Below are positions 20,264 to 32,200 of a stretch of DNA of 64,000 bases, piece after piece (the stretch's first letter is position 1; each line of letters starts with the position of its first letter). A program made the position numbers and the translations under genes. The stretch comes from an uncultured Planctomycetota bacterium (lineage in GTDB: Bacteria > Planctomycetota > Planctomycetia > Isosphaerales > Isosphaeraceae). The notes under the pieces were generated by a model, which saw only the letters and a list, made by a program, of their open reading frames with translations, did no database searches and had not been told where the DNA came from. The stretch lies in assembly GCA_963845755.1 (NCBI GenBank), contig CAWJTV010000017.1, forward strand, positions 1 to 64,000, written 5' to 3'.

Positions 20264-20605
20264 ATGGAAAACACGCTCGTCGGTCTCCCGGTGATCGATT
20301 CCTGCGACGGCTGCGGTGTGTGCTGTCTGGTCGTCACTCACCCTCCGTTCTACAGCGTTTTCGACGACTTCGGCGAGGAGGCGTGGGAACGCCTCAAGCG
20401 AGAGCGACGCGATCTATTGCTGGGGATCGTGGCGGACTACAGGGCTCGTCGCGCAGATGGAAGTCCTCTCGTCGGAACGCCCTGCCTCTGGTATGACGCC
20501 GAATCCAGGCGCTGTCGTCACTATGAATACCGGCCGCTCGCTTGCCGAGAGTTCGAAGTCGGTGGCGAGGATTGCCGCGACGCCAGACGGCGGGCGAGGA
20601 TCTGA
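20264..20605 (+). CDS. YkgJ-family cysteine cluster protein
   Basis: CDGCGVCC...PCLW...CRHYEYRPLACREF. Confidence 0.85.
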   Translation: MENTLVGLPVIDSCDGCGVCCLVVTHPPFYSVFDDFGEEAWERLKRERRDLLLGIVADYRARRADGSPLVGTPCLWYDAESRRCRHYEYRPLACREFEVGGEDCRDARRRARI

Positions 20606-20939
20606 AGGCGATTCCGGAAGGTCCGGTTCGCAGCCCAGGTGTCGGTGAAACCCACCGACATCAGCCGCTGGCTTGTGGTGCGTTTCATCCACCCTGCGAA
20701 AAATGGCGGGCGAACTCCGGACTACTGTCATTTTGGCAGTCGATGCCGCTGCGCATGTCCAGGATGTTCTGGGCTAACTTCAAATGTTCCAAATGGTTAA
20801 GTAGAATAATCCGACCGGTACGCAGCTTGCTTATGAGGTCCTTCTGCGTCGTCAACGGGAACGGCTGACCCCGCGCCCAGCCGGATCCGAGCGGCGAGCG
20901 GCCCTCATCGTCAGGACTCTCGAGGAATGGGGAAGCGCA

Positions 20940-22847
20940 ATGGCTACCGTGAGCGATCGCCAGGAATTCAAGTTTCAAGCCGAGATCAAGCAGCTCTTGC
21001 ATCTCTTATCGCACTCGCTGTATCAGAGCCGTGAGATTGCGGTTCGCGAGTTGATTTCGAACGCCTCCGATGCGCTCGACAAGATGCGGTACGTGACCCT
21101 CACCGACGAGTCACAACGCGACGCCGGACCGCTCGAAGTTGTCATCGAGGGACGGGAGGCGGATCATCAACTCATCATCCGGGACACCGGAATCGGGATG
21201 ACCCACGACGAGCTGGTCACGAACCTGGGGACGATCGCCCACAGCGGGTCGGTCGAGTTCCTCAAGGCCATGGCCTCGAACACCCAGGCGAAGCCGGAAG
21301 TGTCGCTGATCGGCCAGTTCGGTGTCGGGTTTTACTCGTCGTTCATGATCGCCGATCGCGTCCGGGTCCGATCGCGAAGCTACACGGAGGAAACCGGCTG
21401 GGAATGGGAGTCGGATGGGACCGGGAGCTTCAGCATCACGCCGGCCGACGCGCCGTTGTCGCGCGGCACCGAGGTGATCCTCCACCTCAAGGAGGACGCC
21501 AAGGACTTCGCGGCACAGTGGCGGATCCAGGACATCGTCCGGCGCTTCTCAAGCTTCGTCCCGCATCCGATTCGCCTCGGCGAAGGCGGCGAGATCCTCA
21601 ACGATCAGAAGCCGATCTGGGTCGAGCCCAAGAACCAGGTCACCGACGAGCAGTATGCGCGGTTCTATCAGCATTTGACGCACCACCCTGAAGAGAAGCC
21701 GCTCTGGCATCTCCACATGGCGGCTGACTCGCCGATCCAGTTCCGTGCGATCGTGTATTGCCCGCCGACGAACCTCGAGCGTCTCGGATTCACCCGGCTT
21801 GAACACGGTCTGAGCCTCTGCGCAAAGCGCGTGCTCGTGCAGTCCGAGTGCCGGGAACTCGTGCCGGACTATCTCCGCTTTCTCCGCGGCCTGGCGGATT
21901 CCGAAGACCTGCCACTGAATGTCTCGCGCGAGACGCTCCAGGACAACAGCGTGATTCGACGGATTCGGACCTCGCTGATCAAGGCAGTCCTCGACCGCCT
22001 GGACCATCTCGCTCGGGAGCAGCCCGACACGTTCAAGACGTTTTACGAACAGTTCGGCGCCCTGTTGAAGGAGGGTTTGATCGTCAACCCTCTGAACAAG
22101 GAGCGAATCGCCAAACTGCTGCGATTCGCGTCAACTCGGGGCGAGTCGCCCACGGAGACCGTTTCGCTCGACGATTACCTCGCGCGGATGCCGGAGGGCC
22201 AGAAGCGGATCTATTACCTGGGCGGACCGGACTACGCCTCGATCGCCAAGAGCCCCAACCTCGAAATCTTCCGCAGGCGTGGGTTGGAGGTGCTCTATCT
22301 AACCGAGCCGATCGACGAGTTCGCCATCACCGCACTCCAGTCGTTCCAGGGCAAAGAGCTGACCTCGATCGACTCGGCCGACCTCGATCTGCCGGACGTG
22401 GGCGAGACCGCCTCGGGGACGACTGTTGAGGAGCCGAAAGCCATCGAGAGCGGCTTCGCCCGGGTCCTCGATCTGTTCCGCGCCGCGCTGGGAAATCGCG
22501 TCAAGGAGGTCCGGGAATCCAAGCGGCTGATCGACAGTCCCTGCTGCCTGGTCAATGCCGAGGGGGGACTGAGCACCCAGATGCAGCGCATGCTGAAGAT
22601 GGCCAACAAGGAGTTTCCCGAGACGTCCCGGATCCTCGAACTCAATCCTTCGGCGCCGTTGATCCGACGACTCTCCAACCTCAGCGGCAACGATCAGCAC
22701 GAGGCTTTCATCAAGCAATGTGCCTTGCAGCTCTGGACCAACGCGCTGATCCTCGAGGGCGTGACACCCGACCCCGAGGATCTGGTCGCGAGAGTTCAGG
22801 CGTTCATGGCCGAGGCCGCCGAGAAACGGTCGCCGCTGATTCTGTGA
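20940..22847 (+). CDS. htpG: Molecular chaperone HtpG (Hsp90)
   Basis: FQAEIKQLL, RELISNASDALDK, DTGIGM, LIGQFGVGFYS, DLPLNVSRE. Confidence 0.97.
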   Translation: MATVSDRQEFKFQAEIKQLLHLLSHSLYQSREIAVRELISNASDALDKMRYVTLTDESQRDAGPLEVVIEGREADHQLIIRDTGIGMTHDELVTNLGTIAHSGSVEFLKAMASNTQAKPEVSLIGQFGVGFYSSFMIADRVRVRSRSYTEETGWEWESDGTGSFSITPADAPLSRGTEVILHLKEDAKDFAAQWRIQDIVRRFSSFVPHPIRLGEGGEILNDQKPIWVEPKNQVTDEQYARFYQHLTHHPEEKPLWHLHMAADSPIQFRAIVYCPPTNLERLGFTRLEHGLSLCAKRVLVQSECRELVPDYLRFLRGLADSEDLPLNVSRETLQDNSVIRRIRTSLIKAVLDRLDHLAREQPDTFKTFYEQFGALLKEGLIVNPLNKERIAKLLRFASTRGESPTETVSLDDYLARMPEGQKRIYYLGGPDYASIAKSPNLEIFRRRGLEVLYLTEPIDEFAITALQSFQGKELTSIDSADLDLPDVGETASGTTVEEPKAIESGFARVLDLFRAALGNRVKEVRESKRLIDSPCCLVNAEGGLSTQMQRMLKMANKEFPETSRILELNPSAPLIRRLSNLSGNDQHEAFIKQCALQLWTNALILEGVTPDPEDLVARVQAFMAEAAEKRSPLIL

Positions 22848-22945
22848 GTCGCTCTGCTCCCGTGTCCAGTTTTCAGCAACAGACGGCACTCGGGGCCATG
22901 CTGAAGACCGAAAACTGAACACGGAAAACTGGTACGAGGCGAACG

Positions 22946-23554
22946 TCAACCACCATGGTCCCAGTTGAAGTAGAAGGGGAATGGAAAGGGGCCCGGTCCC
23001 GGCGCAATCGGATCGAGATCGTAAATGGGGACGTAGGTGCCCATCTGATAGTACATGCCGACCGGACGCCAGGGATGCGCCAGACCCTGGAAGAAACGCA
23101 ATGGTCTGGGCCACGGCTTGCTGGAAGAATCGATGGTGTTCTGGCCGGGCGAGCCATACCAGAACGGGTAGATGCTTTGCGTGTCGGGTGTCTTCCAGCC
23201 CAGGCCATAGAGACCCTGAGATCGGAACCAGTTGATATGGGTGAGCAAGCCCCGGTCGCCGTATCGGGTCCGGTAGAAGTAATCGCGGCGCGGGTCGGGT
23301 GGCAGGAACTCGGGAGTTCCAGCATCGCGCATCACCAGGCCACTGCGCTCGGTAATTTCGGGGACCTGGGGAACGGGCGGCTGTGCCGAAGCGGAGGTCG
23401 GCAGTAACATCCAGAGCCCCAGTACGACGAAGCCGGCACGCAGGAGCGAATGCCGGCTCTCCTCATCTCGGCCGCTTGACGGCCTGAAGGTGGTGATCCC
23501 ACACCTGAGTCTTAGTCGTTTCATGGATCTCGACTCCTTCCTCGACGTTCCCAT
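22946..23554 (-). CDS. Hypothetical secreted Pro/aromatic-rich protein
   Basis: Signal-peptide-like segment ending ASA-Q; co-oriented with two similar genes. Confidence 0.7.
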   Translation of the reverse strand: MGTSRKESRSMKRLRLRCGITTFRPSSGRDEESRHSLLRAGFVVLGLWMLLPTSASAQPPVPQVPEITERSGLVMRDAGTPEFLPPDPRRDYFYRTRYGDRGLLTHINWFRSQGLYGLGWKTPDTQSIYPFWYGSPGQNTIDSSSKPWPRPLRFFQGLAHPWRPVGMYYQMGTYVPIYDLDPIAPGPGPFPFPFYFNWDHGG

Positions 23555-23785
23555 CCTGGGAAGGGGAATTCATCTCACAGCAAAGTCCGGCGTGGGAGAC
23601 GTGCCCCGCAGGGGCGTCCACGCCGTCGCCGTCGTCTCAAGTCCATCCAGGTTGTATCCGCCGCGATCCGATTGACCGTCCGAGCCCGGCCGGCCGCCCC
23701 GCCCGCCGTCCGCCGCCGGGAGGCGATGGACGAGCAGGCGGATTGGGATCGGTCGGTGTGCCTCCCACGGCATCGAGCATCCCGC

Positions 23786-24682
23786 TCACGGATCGAACGG
23801 ATTCATGGGTGGGAAGGCAAAGAATTCGCGCGGCGACCGCGTGGGTACGACATAGGGGACGTACCCCGGGGTAATCGGGACCGGGCCGCCCGCGCCGACG
23901 AAGTAATCCACCTTTTGCCGATGGAGCAATCCGGTCAGCATACCCAATTTACCCTGGAGTCCGGAGAGACAGTGGGAGCAACCCTTGCCCCCGCAGAACG
24001 AGCAACCATGGCCCCGGCCTCGACCGCCGCACAGGTTGCACCCCGGATCCCCGCAGCCATTGCCGGCGTGAGACCCTTTGCCGTGGTGATGTTTGCCGCG
24101 AATCGCACAACCGGGATCGCCGCACACCGACTGGCCGGACGGTTGGACCACAGCGGTGCCGATTGGTGCGGACTGAGTGGTCGCGAGGACGCACTGTCCG
24201 ATAGGCGCGCCGCCATGGTGCTTCCCGAACCCGTGACCGCAATTCGTCCCACTCTCACACCCGGGGACCACGCATGCGGAGCCCGGGTCAATCGGCGCGA
24301 AACGACCGGCTCCGTGGTGTCCCCAGCCGTGACCGCCGCCACATCCCGGTCCATCGCAATCCGCCCCGTGAGCCCCGTGACCGAACAATCCCTTCAAGCA
24401 GCCGGACCCCGGTCCATGTCCACAGCCCAGGCAGCCCAGGAGTGCGTGCCTCCGGCAGCCCGCGCAGCCCAGCAGGCCACCCTTGGCATAGTGGCCATAC
24501 GGGATCGGCGGCGCCTTCATCTCCTGGCCCGTTGACAGATCGACGGCCGCGACCGTCCTGGGAACCGTGTAATGGAGGCGGTAGCCATCCGCCCGGGTCA
24601 TACTGACCCAGCCCTGGCTCAGTCCCATGACGGCGGCCAGTGCGATCGTCAGTGGCATCCCTCGCCTATTCTCGAAGCGCAT
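23786..24682 (-). CDS. Hypothetical secreted Gly/His/Cys-rich protein
   Basis: N-terminal signal peptide; central low-complexity region with CxxC motifs. Confidence 0.75.
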   Translation of the reverse strand: MRFENRRGMPLTIALAAVMGLSQGWVSMTRADGYRLHYTVPRTVAAVDLSTGQEMKAPPIPYGHYAKGGLLGCAGCRRHALLGCLGCGHGPGSGCLKGLFGHGAHGADCDGPGCGGGHGWGHHGAGRFAPIDPGSACVVPGCESGTNCGHGFGKHHGGAPIGQCVLATTQSAPIGTAVVQPSGQSVCGDPGCAIRGKHHHGKGSHAGNGCGDPGCNLCGGRGRGHGCSFCGGKGCSHCLSGLQGKLGMLTGLLHRQKVDYFVGAGGPVPITPGYVPYVVPTRSPREFFAFPPMNPFDP

Positions 24683-25157
24683 GGTCTATCCCTTACTTGA
24701 CTTCCATGAGGCCCTCCTGGAATATTCCGAATCCGGCGAGCGACGGACGTGTCCCAGCCTTCCTGCGCCGGACGACACGATCAGCCCGGCCCACACGAAC
24801 CGATCCTTCCGGCCCGAGGATCATCGATCCGACCGGTCGGGGTCTCGGCCCTACCGCTCGACGACGCGACCCCATGCCGATTGACCCGATGGAACCTGGA
24901 CGCGCAACGAAGGTCTCGTTCGATCCAGGCGCCGGTGCTACGTCAACCGGAGGAAACGATCGGTCAGAGTTGAGTACCGGCTTCCGCCGGTGTTCTCCGC
25001 AGGACTGCGGGACCCCAACCGATCGATTGAAGATTGACGGATCACCAGGCGGCTCGCCGGGTTCATGGCGCGGCGACGGCTTCGGTCCGTGACTTGGCCT
25101 TGTGTCTCTGGATCGGTTCAGAACCCCGCTCTTCTCGATCGAATCCCAGCGGCGGCG

Positions 25158-25202
25158 AAAAAATAAAGACCGGTCCCCCGTCACAAGCGAAGGGACCGGT
25201 CT
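25158..25202 (-). terminator. Rho-independent terminator
   Basis: 11-bp stem AGACCGGTCCC/GGGACCGGTCT followed on the minus strand by TTATTTTTT, downstream of 25296-26255. Confidence 0.7.
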
Positions 25203-25295
25203 ACTCTCTCCTGGGCCGCCGGAATCCGAGCCGCCAGGTCGTGCGAGGCGGCTGATCCCGACGCTCCCGATCGCGTCCACATGACGGCTCGTGGG

Positions 25296-26255
25296 TTATC
25301 GACTCGTCCCTTTGCCGTAAACCACCGAGGCCGGCAGCTCCGTCACCTTCTGGGTGGGATCTCCGTAGGCGATCGCCGCGTGTTTCTCGCGTTGCCGCTC
25401 CTCACGCTCTTCGCGATGCGCCCCGAATCGAGGGATGGAGAACACGTGGCTGAGAATATGCGGCCGGTCGTGTCCAGGACCGGACATGGCACTCTGGGCG
25501 GGAGGCAAGGCGGAGGGGACGACTGCGGGGTCGTAAGGCCCTGCGCCCGGCCGAGGTGACATCGCGGCCATCCGGGGATCTGCCCAGGGATTCATCCCGC
25601 CACGGGCCAGACCGATCGGCGTCGGTTCGGCCGACGATCCTGGTCCGCCCACGATGGCGTAGCCGGCCGCATCCTCGGGTCCGCCAGGACCGATCACGGC
25701 GTATCCGGCCTCCTGCGATCCATTCACGACCACGCCCCGAGGATCGTTCATGACCATTGGACCGGTCACCATCGCCGGTCCCTGATAGACCATGCCCGCT
25801 TGACTGGGGGGCGGCGGAATATCGATCCCGTCGTGCGCCTTCACCCGGGCGCGCTGGCACTCCACGCAATGCCTCCAACCGAACAGCCCTTTATGATGGT
25901 GCTGGGCGGGCACCGGCTGGTTCTCCCCGACAGCGGTGGGAGTCGAGGATAGATAGCCGACCGAAGGCTGAGAACCCATCGCCGATGGATTACCACCGGA
26001 TGACTGGTAGCCTACAGGTAGAGGATAGGCGCCGACCGGCTGGGAGCCGGCGGATGGCACATAGCCCGACGGCTGGTAACCCGCCGACTGAGGATACCCG
26101 CCGGAGGGCGAGGGCATCGGCGCGGACTGCAGGCGGATCGTGGGCTGCGCCACGGCGCCTGCTTGGCCGTCGTCGGGTGCGGCCCAGACGGGTAGGGTAG
26201 GGACCGCCAGCGCCAGCCCGCAAAGACTCACGGCCAACCGAGAACGTGAAAGCAT
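25296..26255 (-). CDS. Hypothetical secreted Pro/Gly-rich protein
   Basis: Signal peptide MLSRSRLAVSLCGLALAVPTLPVWA; GYxP repeats; HCVEC motif. Confidence 0.7.
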   Translation of the reverse strand: MLSRSRLAVSLCGLALAVPTLPVWAAPDDGQAGAVAQPTIRLQSAPMPSPSGGYPQSAGYQPSGYVPSAGSQPVGAYPLPVGYQSSGGNPSAMGSQPSVGYLSSTPTAVGENQPVPAQHHHKGLFGWRHCVECQRARVKAHDGIDIPPPPSQAGMVYQGPAMVTGPMVMNDPRGVVVNGSQEAGYAVIGPGGPEDAAGYAIVGGPGSSAEPTPIGLARGGMNPWADPRMAAMSPRPGAGPYDPAVVPSALPPAQSAMSGPGHDRPHILSHVFSIPRFGAHREEREERQREKHAAIAYGDPTQKVTELPASVVYGKGTSR

Positions 26256-26611
26256 GAGGGAACTCCTTTCCCCGGTTCGCGGCCGGCCACGCGCCGAATC
26301 TCTGCGCGGGCCGGGACCTTCCGAACCAAAGCGGTGAACGGTGGCTCGGCCATCCTGTGAGCTCAGACCTGGCCCGGCCAAGAAGAGGGAATCCATCCCC
26401 GGACCGAGACGCCGCGGCGCGACACGCGCCTCGCCGTGACGATAGCGCGCGATCACGCCACTTCGAAATTCGGCCTTTTCCTATATCCCCTATGATCGGC
26501 ACAACCTGGCTGGTTCTTGCGAGATTCCTCCCGACTCACCGGCTGTGCCAGGTGCTCATCTTGGCTGTCATGGTCGAATGGGAATCGGGATCAGGGCCAT
26601 GCACGCCCAGG

Positions 26612-27671
26612 TCAGAAGCTGTCCGCGCTGATGACCTCGCCCCCATTGCGACTCCCCAATCCCTGCCAGACGAGTACGCTGACGGTATTCTTGATGAACT
26701 GGACATGACCGTCACAGGACAACGCATTGACGCCGCCGGGATGCAAGCTCCGTGAGGTAATGTTCTGCGAGAGCCAGTTCCAGATGGGATCGGTCCGATT
26801 GCTGTGGGGGAGACCGCCTCGGCAGTCGGGCCGGGGATCGTTGGGAGGGCGCCGGTGGTTGTACAGGCTATGCCCCGGGGCTCCGTAGTGCCATCGAACG
26901 CCCCGCGTGTCCTGGAACTGAGTCGTCGATGACGGAAGGCTCAGGCACATCGAGACATAGTCGGCGTCGGAAGTGATCGGCGGCCCGGTCGTGCTGTTGT
27001 TGCCCGTGATCAGAAAAACGTTCAGCGGATTGTTGGCGTAGGTCGAGCCCAGGGTCGAACGGATCGTCTCGGCAACGGCGACCGTATTGGACATGCCGTC
27101 GATGATCGCCGCTGGCGAGAGAGCCGTGTTCTCGAAGAGGACTCCGTTCGGGAGATCGGTCAGAGGCGCCGCGGGTCTCGGCACGACGGAATAACCCGAG
27201 CCGGTATTCATCGGATAATTATGGGTCGCATACGAGCCGTTGCTGACCGGGATCAGCACCGCCGCCGAGTCGCTCGGACAGATCAGGGCGTTGAGGAACG
27301 TGGTGAACCCAGTCACGTTCGCGGCGGCCAGGGTTGTCGTCGGGTCGGTATCGGGCGGCAGGTTGAAATTGAAGCAGTTGAACAAGACCTGTTCCTCGAG
27401 CTGCGGTAGGATCTCGGCGTAAGCCCCCCAGCAATTCCCCTGGCCGGTGATGTGGCTATTCACGCGACCCGGAGGAAAGACGTTGTAGGCCGACATGTAG
27501 TTGTTCAGGGCCAGGCCGATCTGTTTCAGGTTATTGACGCATTGGGCGCGTTGCGCGGCCTCGCGCAGCCTGGACGGCCGGCAACAGCAGTGCGATCAGC
27601 ACGGAGATGATCGCGATCACGACCAGAAGCTCGATCAGGGTGAATGCGGTTCGGGCCCGTTTCGGAAGCAT
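26612..27671 (-). CDS. DUF1559 prepilin-like (N-methylation / H-X9-DG) protein (frameshift near 27560)
   Basis: [14 protein letters not shown]...[33 protein letters not shown]. Confidence 0.92.
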
Positions 27672-27813
27672 TGAACATACCTCGCTCAGAAATCTGGAAG
27701 ACAGGATGATGTCAGTGATGGACATGATCGTGTCGAGAGGTCGAAATTGTAGGACTTTCCCGTGCGTGATACAATCGTGTAGTGCTGGAACATGATCCTG
27801 GCGAGTGATTCCC

Positions 27814-28007
27814 ATGCCGGTGAATGAGGTACGGGCCCACCGGATTCGCCGAGGCTGGTCGCAGGAAGATCTGACGAAGCGGGCGGGGATCAGCGCGATC
27901 GAGACGGGCCGACTGGTGCTTTCGACGGCGGCCGCTCTTGGGCTCGACTCAGCCCTGGCGTGTACCGTCGAGGCCCTCTTTGGGTTGCCGGGGACGCCGC
28001 CAGTGGA
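27814..28007 (+). pseudogene. Truncated XRE-HTH regulator, diverged copy of the 5' end of 37489-38581
   Basis: 27767-28007 aligns with 37442-37697; 15-bp deletion inside the HTH; similarity ends abruptly. Confidence 0.85.
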
Positions 28008-28051
28008 AAAACGTGAGGGGCGACTCGTGTTCCAAAGAATGTGCCAGATCG

Positions 28052-28294
28052 ATGTCCGCACAAGCTTCCGTCAAGCGACTGATCATCGACTTGAGCTCGG
28101 ACCAGCCGAGGGTGCGCCAGGCCGAGGCGCGGGCGGTCTGGGGGCGGTATAGCCAGGAATTGCTCGCCCGGGCCCGCCATCATCTCTCGGCGAGGATTCG
28201 CGGCAGGGTGGACGAGGAAGACGCCCTCCAGAGCCTGGACAAGAGTTTCTGTCTCCGCCCGCGCCGGGGAGACTTCGATCACGCCAACCGCTAA
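28052..28294 (+). pseudogene. N-terminal fragment of an ECF-type sigma factor
   Basis: ARAVWGRYSQELLARARHHLSARIRGRVDEEDALQS followed by a stop; no region 4. Confidence 0.7.
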
Positions 28295-28564
28295 TATCGT
28301 GAGACGACTCCTCTGATGAACCAGTTTGGCGTGTGGTGATCGTATCGACAGAGGTGGCACTTGGCCCCGCGAATCCTTTGTCAAATCGCTCCGATTTCCT
28401 CGCTCTGCGTCAGGCCGCTGACGGTGCTCGCCCACGTCCCGGTCCCAAAACCATCATGTCCGACTTCTCCGGCTGCTTCCGGCCCGATTCCACATGGTAG
28501 TCTGTTCGGTTCTTTTCTGCGCGTTTCTTGTCCCCAATCCCCGGGGCCGTCCGGTTAAAGGGAT

Positions 28565-29218
28565 ATGGTGGCAATCATGGCCGAGTTACCCGACAGAAGC
28601 GACACGACGCGGTTGATCGAGCAGGCCGTGCGGGGCGACCAGCAAGCGCTCGGAAAACTGCTGAGCCGCCATCGCGAGCGGCTGCGTCGCATGGTCGCCC
28701 TGCGGCTCGACTGGCGGTTGCGGGGGCGCGTTGACCCATCTGATGTCCTCCAGGAGGCGTGTCTCGATGCGGCCCGACGACTGCCGGAGTACCGCAAGAA
28801 CCCCACGATGCCGTTCTTCCTCTGGCTCCGGTTCCTGGCCGGCCAGCGGCTGGTGGACGAGCACCGGAAACACCTGGGCGCCGGCCGCGACGCCGGCCGC
28901 GAGATCAGCCTCTACCATGGCGCCCTGCCCGAGACGAGCTCCGCCGCGCTGGCGGCCCAATTGCTCGGGCGCCTCACCACGCCGAGCCAGGCCGCCATCC
29001 GGGCGGAGCGGAAGATCCGCCTCGAGGAGGCGCTCAAGCGGATGGACCCGATTGACCGCGAGGTCCTGGCCCTGCGCCACTTCGAGGAGCTGAGCAACAC
29101 GGAGGCGGCCGCGGTGCTCGGCCTGGACAAGTCGGCCGCGAGCAAGCGCTATGCCCGTGCCTTGCTCCGTCTCAAGGAGATCCTGACCTCCATGCCCGGT
29201 GGCCTCGACGAGGTATGA
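28565..29218 (+). CDS. ECF sigma-70 factor, planctomycete-specific subfamily
   Basis: RLRGRVDPSDVLQEA, TTPSQAA, DREVLALRHFEELSNTEAAAVLG. Confidence 0.92.
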   Translation: MVAIMAELPDRSDTTRLIEQAVRGDQQALGKLLSRHRERLRRMVALRLDWRLRGRVDPSDVLQEACLDAARRLPEYRKNPTMPFFLWLRFLAGQRLVDEHRKHLGAGRDAGREISLYHGALPETSSAALAAQLLGRLTTPSQAAIRAERKIRLEEALKRMDPIDREVLALRHFEELSNTEAAAVLGLDKSAASKRYARALLRLKEILTSMPGGLDEV

Positions 29219-29221
29219 GCC

Positions 29222-32200
29222 ATGAGCGATTCCACCTCCGACCGTGACCCGATCGAGATGCTGGCCGACTCCTTCCTGGCGCGGTTCCGCCGCGGCGAGC
29301 GGCCCAGCGTCGAGGACTATGCCGCCCAGCATCCCGAGCTGGCCGACGAGATCCGCGAGCTGCTGCCGGCGTTGGTGATGCTGGAGCAGGACAAGCCCGC
29401 CGCCGGGCCGGCTGCCGACACCATCGGCAGCCCGGATGCCACGGCCTCGGGTCCGGCCCCGCACCAGCTCGGCGACTACCAGATCCTTCGCGAGATCGGC
29501 CGGGGCGGCATGGGGGTGGTCTACGAGTCGGTGCAGCAATCGCTGGGCCGCCACGTGGCGCTGAAGGTGCTGCTGAACCAGGTGCTGTCCGGCTCATCGC
29601 AGTTGGAGCGGTTCCGGCTGGAGGCCCGCGCCGCGGCCCGGCTGCATCACACCAACATCGTGCCGGTCTTCGGCGTGGGCGAGTGCGAGGGGGTGCACTA
29701 CTACGCCATGCAGTTCATCGAGGGCCAGGCCCTGGATGTCGTCATCGACGCCTTGCGGAAGCTCCGCGACGGAGGACCCGCCATCGGCGCCGGCAGCGAG
29801 ACTCCGGGAACAGCCGGCGGTGACGATCAGCCCCTGACTGCCGTCCTGAGCCGGGCTCTCTTGACAGGCCGATTCGCCGCGGCGCAGCCGGGGCCCGAGC
29901 CGACTGCCGCGACGGACGAGTCATTCAGTTCGCCACCGTCGCAAGGTCCGCCGGGTCCGGCATCACCGGACCGTGCGAACGGTCCACCCCCGACCGATGC
30001 CGCCAGCTCCTCCGAACTGTCCTCCGGTCAGGCCGGCGCGCCGTACTTCCGCAGCGTCGCCCGCGTCGGGGTCCAGGTGGCTGAGGCGCTGGCCCACGCC
30101 CACGGCCAGGGGATTCTCCACCGCGACATCAAGCCCTCCAACCTGCTGCTGGACGGCAAGGGGACCGTGTGGGTCACCGACTTCGGGCTGGCCAAGGCCG
30201 AGGGGAGCGACGGCCTGACGCGGACCGGCGATATCGTCGGCACGCTGCGGTACATGGCGCCGGAGCGGTTCGACGGCTGGTCCGACCCGCGGAGCGACGT
30301 CTACTCCCTGGGGGCGACGCTTTATGAGCTGATGACGCTGCGCCCGCCGTTCCGAGAACCTGACCGGGTGAAACTGATCGAGCAGGTGATCCATGAAGAG
30401 CCGACGCCACCTCACAAATTCGACCGGCGCATCCCGCGCGACCTGGAGACGATCGTGCTCAAGGCACTGGCCAAGGAACCCGGCCAGCGGTACACGACCG
30501 CCGAGCAGATGGCCGAGGACCTGCGGCGGTTCGCGGCCGACCGGCCGATCCTGGCGCGGCGGATCGGCCCGGCGGAGCGGACCTGGCGCTGGTGCAAGCG
30601 CAACCCGATGCTGGCGGGCGCGGCCGGCGCCGTGGCGGCGTCACTGGTCGCCATGGCGTTGATCTCGGTGATCTATGCCACCGAGCAAGCGAGGGCAGCC
30701 GACGAAATCCGCGGCTTGGCGGCTGACCTGGGCAAGGAGCGCGAGAGCCTCAGGAAGTCACTCGGTGAATCGAATCGACTCCTGGCGATCCGCAATTTCG
30801 ACCGCGGCCAGGCCGCGTTCGAGAAGGGCGAGATCGCCCTGGGTATGCACTGGATGATCGAGAGCTGGCGGTCGTCCGTCAACGCCGGGGATCCCGCCTG
30901 GCAGCACGCCGCGCGGGCCAACCTGGCCGCCTGGCGCGCGCACTACCCCCGGCTCAAAGGGGTCTTATCGCACACGATGCCCGTTCACAGTGCGGCATTC
31001 GGCCCCGATAGCCGCACGGTGATCTCCGGCGGCATTGACGGAACGGCACAGCTCTGGGATTCCGCCAACTTCAAGAGGATCGGCTCGCCATTGCAACAAG
31101 GAGGCGAGTGGATTCGAGTGGGATTCAGCGCGGATGGCAAGACCGCGTTTACCTTCTCGGAGGGTAAGCCGACACGGCTCTGGGATGCGACCACCGGCGA
31201 ACCGCTCGGCCACCCTCTGCGCCTGCCGCCTGAAGTCCACATCTTGACCGTTGCGATCCAGCCTGAGAGGAAGATCGTGCTGGCGGGGGTTGAGGGCACC
31301 GCGGACGGAATAGTGCGGTTCTGGGACGCGGCCACGTGCAAGCCCATAGATCCGCCCCTTACCCATCACGGCCATGTCTATCCTCCCGTGTTCAGTCCCG
31401 ACAGCCGGATCATCCTCACTCCGAGTGTAGACGGCACGGCATGGCTCTGGGACGTGGCCACGTGCCAGCCCATCGGTCTTCCCCTGAAGCATCAAGGCGG
31501 TTTCTGGAGCGCGGCGTTCAGTCTCGATGGCAAGACCATCCTGACCGGAAGTCGCGACGGCACGGCGCAGCTCTGGGACGCGGCCACGAGTCAGCCCCTG
31601 GGACCGGCCCTGCGGCACGACAGTGAGGTGAGGAGCGTCGCGTTCAGCCCCGATGGCAAGACCATTCTCACAGGTTGTCAGGACAAGGACGCGCGGCTCT
31701 GGGACGTCGCTACGGGCCAGTTGATCGGGCTCCTGGGGCATCAAGGGGGGATCACCGCCGTGGCGTTCAGCCCCGACGGCAGGTCCATCCTGACCGGCAG
31801 TCTCGACGGTACCGTGCGGCTCTGGGATGCTAGCCCGCGACCACCGGTCGGGCCGGTCCGGGAGATCCCCACCATGGATTCCCTCCATAGCGTGAGCCCC
31901 GACGGCAAGGTCCTCCTCACCCTCCCGCGATGGGCTAACCCGCGATACACCCAACTCTGGAACGCGACCACCGGCCGGCCCATCGGCGCGCGTCTTCCGC
32001 AACCCGGCGTGCACTGTGACGAGGCGTTCAGCCCCGACGGCAAGGTTGTCTTGACGATCGATGCGAACGCGGAGGCCCGGCTCTGGGACGCGACCACGGG
32101 AGTAGCCCTCGGGGCAGCGGTTCGGCTGCCCAGCCCGGTTTTGCCCGAGGGGGCTTCTAGCCGTCTCGGTCCCGACGGCAAGACCGTCTTGTTCATGGAT

